54,870 nucleotides of DNA. Source: an uncultured Candidatus Peribacteria bacterium. Lineage in GTDB: Bacteria > Patescibacteriota > Gracilibacteria > BD1-5 > JAGOOR01. Below the pieces are notes generated by a model. The model was not told the origin of the DNA. It was given only the letters and a program-made list of their open reading frames with translations, and did not search any database. Location: NCBI GenBank assembly GCA_964413195.1, contig CAYPRD010000002.1:1-54870 (forward strand), read 5' to 3'. Shown here piece after piece: positions 51,316 through 54,870 of this stretch; position 1 is the stretch's first letter, and each line of letters begins with the position of its first letter. The position numbers and the translations under genes were made by a program.

Positions 51316-52581
51316 TTATATTCGAGATTGGGCTTGGTTAACAATAGTACTGAGGTTTTCGAGCTTCTTTTTGAGCGTTTCCACAGTTGTCAAAATACCA
51401 GTGCGATGCGAGAGTATTTCTATTGGAGTAAAGTTGCTATTAGCGCTTCTCTCTTCAGCAAGGATGCTATCATACGCTGCTCGTGCCTGCATCAACAGAT
51501 TGACGATATCTTGTATTTGTTCCGATTCTCGACATGTATTGCAGGTTTTGAGGAGCGTGTTTCCTTGAGCAATGAGTGATCATTCTCTATTTCCCTTATC
51601 AAGGAACGTGCTAATCATATCATCCAATCGTGCAATATGATCTTTACTGGCTCATCGTATGTAGAACTCCAGAGTTACCGATATGTCCCAGTTTTCTTTT
51701 GTCTGGGTGTGAATACTTTTTCTGTCTAGGCTGTTTTCTTTTGAGGCAGGTTTAATATTGATCGTGTTTACGGTGACGAGCAAATTTTTGAGAGAAGACT
51801 GATTTCCTCCAATGTTTCGTATTGGTTTCGCATCGCGGTGTGTTATCGTCATGTTCTTGTTTTCTCGATTGACATCAATAGCGCCTGTTTTCCCGAGAAA
51901 TTCGAGAAGATAGATTACACTTTCGTTATCAACATTATCAAAACGGAGGGGTATCTCGTATATACCTATTTCTGGTGCTTCTGGTATAAAACGTACATTT
52001 CGTATACCAATTTGCCCTGTGGCATGACCGAGATTATATTGTTCAACAATATTGACTTGTATATATTCAAGGAGTGTTTTCAGGGTAATTTTCCCAGCGA
52101 TGTCGCTGGTAGAATTCATTTCTGCTATACCAGCAAAAACGGGGATCACTTCTCAGATGCTGAGTTGTACAGCTTTTAGAGCTTCTTCTTCTTCTTTTGT
52201 CCAGGATTTTTCTAGCCAAGAAACATAGGAGCCGTCCCCAATTTTCTGGCTAATATTTTTCATGACTGATATGTTTTTTGTTGCATGAATTCCAGTTCCA
52301 ACAAGTTTTGAGAAATTTGGAGAGAGCTGAAGCATGGTTGCCCATCGTTGATTTTTTCGTTCTTCTGGTGTTATTTCCTCCCAGTTTTTTGAAGTTATGA
52401 CTCCTTCTTTTATGAGTATATTGAGTTCGTTCTCGAGTTTTTCTATCTTGGCTACTGTTTCACTTCAGATTTGACTGAAAAAATGACTTACCCACCATCC
52501 TCCTACCAAAGAAAGGATGGCTCAGGCAATCCAGATGGCGCTTGTATTTCTGAGCTCTATGATGGGATTATTGTTTGTCAT
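51316..52581 (-). CDS. hypothetical single-pass membrane protein in the pilus operon
   Basis: 422-codon frame (checked) joining track ORFs 52153..52335 and 51652..52149 through TGA. N-terminal TM AIWIAGAILSLVGGWWVSHFF. TAA is 4 nt before the pilB ATG. Confidence 0.65.
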
Positions 52582-53470
52582 AGGTGAGTTGTTTTATTCG
52601 TTCTGGTTCATATCGAGAAGGAATGTAGGTGACCTGAAGACTGAATTCAGTGGTGAGAAAACCACTCTTCTCATCCAGTTTCATATCGAGAGACTCCGGA
52701 TAAGTGACAAGTATTGATTGTGTTTTTTCCAATTCGGCCATGAAGTCGAGTGATCTTTTGCGTGGCTGGAGAGGCGGTCGAGTTGATACCTGACAACGCA
52801 TAGTTGCATCTAATCCGTCAAAAGTGATCTCATGACAGGAAATTTTGCTCGTAGCATCAGTCATTTTTGCTGCTGTTTCTGACATAATTTTTACTACTAC
52901 TTCGTGATGAATACGATGTTCTGGTGCATTTTTACTGATTATTTCCAGTTCAGGAAGTGTATCGAGAGTGTGGGAGAGGAACTTTTTTGGAACGATTGTT
53001 TCATATGCTCGTCGCAGTTCTATTGTGGCGAAATCTTTTTCTAGCTCGAGCCACTGCGCAATCGTATCGGGAGCAATGCAGTGATTACTTTCGAGAAGGT
53101 CGATATAGGATTGTTTTCATCGTGATATCAGAAAACTTCGAAAAGCAGCATCCTTTCTGAGGGTATCATTGTGTCCGTGGCTCATCCACTGACACCAAAT
53201 ACTATCGTTTGTATTCATTTTTAGACCCATGAGCCAGCTATTTTGCATCTGATTTCTCGTCCAACCATAGAACGCCAAAACCAGCATACATGCCAGACCA
53301 AACCAGGTTACATATCGGGCAATGAGAATCGTTTTCTCCAGGATGTTTCTGAGTTTTTCTGTACTCGGATTCACTTCCTCGGATTCTGGGTTGAGCGCAG
53401 ATAGATCAGTATTCTCGTAGGCACTGACATCGGACCCTTCGGTGATGGGGGTGAAAGAATTTTCTGTCAT
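52568..53470 (-). CDS. hypothetical single-pass membrane protein, first gene of the pilus operon
   Basis: Track ORFs 53117..53470 and 52568..52885 are one frame (one TGA, checked). TM ILIARYVTWFGLACMLVLAFYGW. Overlaps the next gene by 14 nt. Confidence 0.65.
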
Positions 53471-53537
53471 ACCTCTAGGCTATCGTATTTTCTTTTGGGA
53501 ATCAATGATTCTTTCCAAGAGGCTGAGAGAGAAGATA

Positions 53538-53565
53538 TTGACAGATATGTTTAACATAACATAAT
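53538..53565 (+). promoter_or_regulatory. promoter with -10 placed 6 nt before the ATG (leaderless-type)
   Basis: TTGACA, 16 nt spacer, CATAAT, then ctattc-ATG(53572). Confidence 0.5.
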
Positions 53566-53571
53566 CTATTC

Positions 53572-53970
53572 ATGCAATCAGAGACAATCCAATTCTATGC
53601 AACACATCCTCAGCACATGAAAGAAAACCCAGAGGCAACCATTATTCATAGGGAAAATAATAGTGTTTGTGGGGATAATATTACCATCTATATGGATATA
53701 GAGAATGGAAAAGTCCGAACGTGGTCTTTTTCATGAGAGGCATCATTTATTACGATAGCATGTTCGGGCTTGTTTGGTGATCTCATTATGGATCAAAAAA
53801 TTGAGACTATTTTTTCCTGGCATCAGAAAACTCTTATAGAAAAAACCGGTATTACGGTATCCCCACGACGACAGAGGGCCCAAGTGCTCGCGCTTCTTGC
53901 CACGAGAAATGCCCTGCATACGTACCTTCAGGATGGGGAAAGGGATGATTTTAGCGATGTGTTAATGTAG
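53572..53970 (+). CDS. SufU/IscU-like Fe-S scaffold homologue (degenerate Cys set)
   Basis: NNSVCGDNITIYM (NPxCGD-like) and FS(TGA)EASFITIACSG. 132 aa with one TGA. Includes track ORF 53770..53970. Confidence 0.7.
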
Positions 53971-54014
53971 AGCATTCTTTGTCCCACGTATTTTCGTAAA
54001 TCAAATATTTTCTT

Positions 54015-54042
54015 TTGTTTCAGAGGTCGGAAAGAATATACT
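54015..54042 (+). promoter_or_regulatory. promoter with -10 placed 6 nt before the ATG (leaderless-type)
   Basis: TTGTTT, 16 nt spacer, TATACT (54037..54042), then cttttc-ATG(54049). Confidence 0.45.
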
Positions 54043-54048
54043 CTTTTC

Positions 54049-54870
54049 ATGGAACAATCTCGCAAATATGCTTGGTGAAATATAGCCTTCTTTACAGGGT
54101 ATCATGTGGCGCTTTTCGCCCTCACGCCGATATACTTCCTCACTTTTCAGTGGAGCTGGTGAGCATTTGGTCTCGCCTTCTTGCTCTATTTACTCTCGTG
54201 ATTCTCTATAACTGGTGGCTATCATAGACTCTTTTCTCATCGGACCTATGAGGCGTCGAAGGTGATGGAGATTGTCTATCTTTTTCTGGGATTTCTGAGT
54301 ATTGCTGGTTCAGCCGCAGTATGGTCATGTGAGCATAGAATTCATCATGCCAAAACAGATACCCTCGAAGATCCTTATAGTATCAAAAGAGGTTTCTGGT
54401 TCGCTCATATGGGATGGCTCTTTGCATACAAGAATCATTTTGATACTACAAAAATAGCTGATTTATGGTCGAGTAAATGGATTCGCTGGCAGCACCAATA
54501 CTATATTGCCGGTGTTGTTGTTACCAATAGCCTTATATTCATTTGAGCCGGATTACTCACGGATTGGATGTCATCACTGTATTTGGTGATACTGTTACGT
54601 ATATGCTGCTTTCATCACTCTATGTTTTCTATTAATTCTCTTGCCCATACATGGGGGTCAAAAACATATGCGAAAGAGCTCACAGCGGTGGATAATTTTA
54701 TCCTGGCGTTTCTGACTTTTTGAGAAGGATATCACAATTACCACCATGCATTCCCCAACGACTACCGTAACGGAGTTTTATGGTATCATTTTGATCCAAC
54801 TAAATGGCTTATTTGGACTCTTCAAAAGCTTCACCTTGCCAAAAATCTTCGTAGTAAGAATGATTTTCTC
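54049..54870 (+). CDS. acyl-CoA/acyl-lipid delta-9 fatty acid desaturase (3' end outside the window)
   Basis: His boxes GYHRLFSH, EHRIHH and F(TGA)EGYHNYHHAFP. Five in-frame TGA. Frame open to the window end. Confidence 0.88.

Overview
AT-rich, tightly packed bacterial window of about 55 genes. The conserved genes are intact only if TGA is read as a sense codon. Wherever a TGA falls in a universally conserved motif, it sits on a Gly. Examples are S3 M-G-HKV, RpoB PK-G-E and GGQRF-G-EME, Rpo[16 protein letters not shown] and FHS-G-G, PyrD PG-G-LSG and Apt ATG-G-T. Every gene I could delimit ends in TAA or TAG. This is the NCBI translation-table-25 pattern known from Gracilibacteria/Absconditabacteria (CPR/Patescibacteria), so the supplied standard-code ORF track is heavily fragmented. 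I re-joined the fragments by hand and checked long frames triplet by triplet for TAA/TAG. Content in order: (1) distal ribosomal-protein cluster rpsC..rplO (no rpmD), then secY and rplS; (2) a sugar epimerase and alr; (3) rpoB-rpoC; (4) a DUF1761 protein and capA; (5) a roughly 2 kb high-GC island carrying a 5'-truncated Rhs toxin, an immunity-like gene and a YD-repeat protein; (6) AI-2E permease, sortase, MFS-like transporter, CAP-domain protein, FNR-like reductase, two unknowns, RNase J, M23 peptidase and a Cys-rich SLH-like secreted protein; (7) argS; (8) an mfd gene split in two by an oppositely oriented TerC-DUF1232 cassette; (9) pyrD-pyrC; (10) a tandem LuxS-like protein; (11) lexA; (12) a 1103-codon ClpA/B-like AAA+ gene that is invisible under the standard code; (13) mtnN-apt; (14) a pilB/pilC operon with two unknown membrane proteins; (15) a SufU-like protein and a partial delta-9 desaturase. 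I saw no rRNA, tRNA, CRISPR array, transposase or integrase. Shine-Dalgarno sequences are essentially absent, and many operon-leading ATGs sit 6 nt after a -10 hexamer. All homology calls come from motif recognition by eye, not from database searches.
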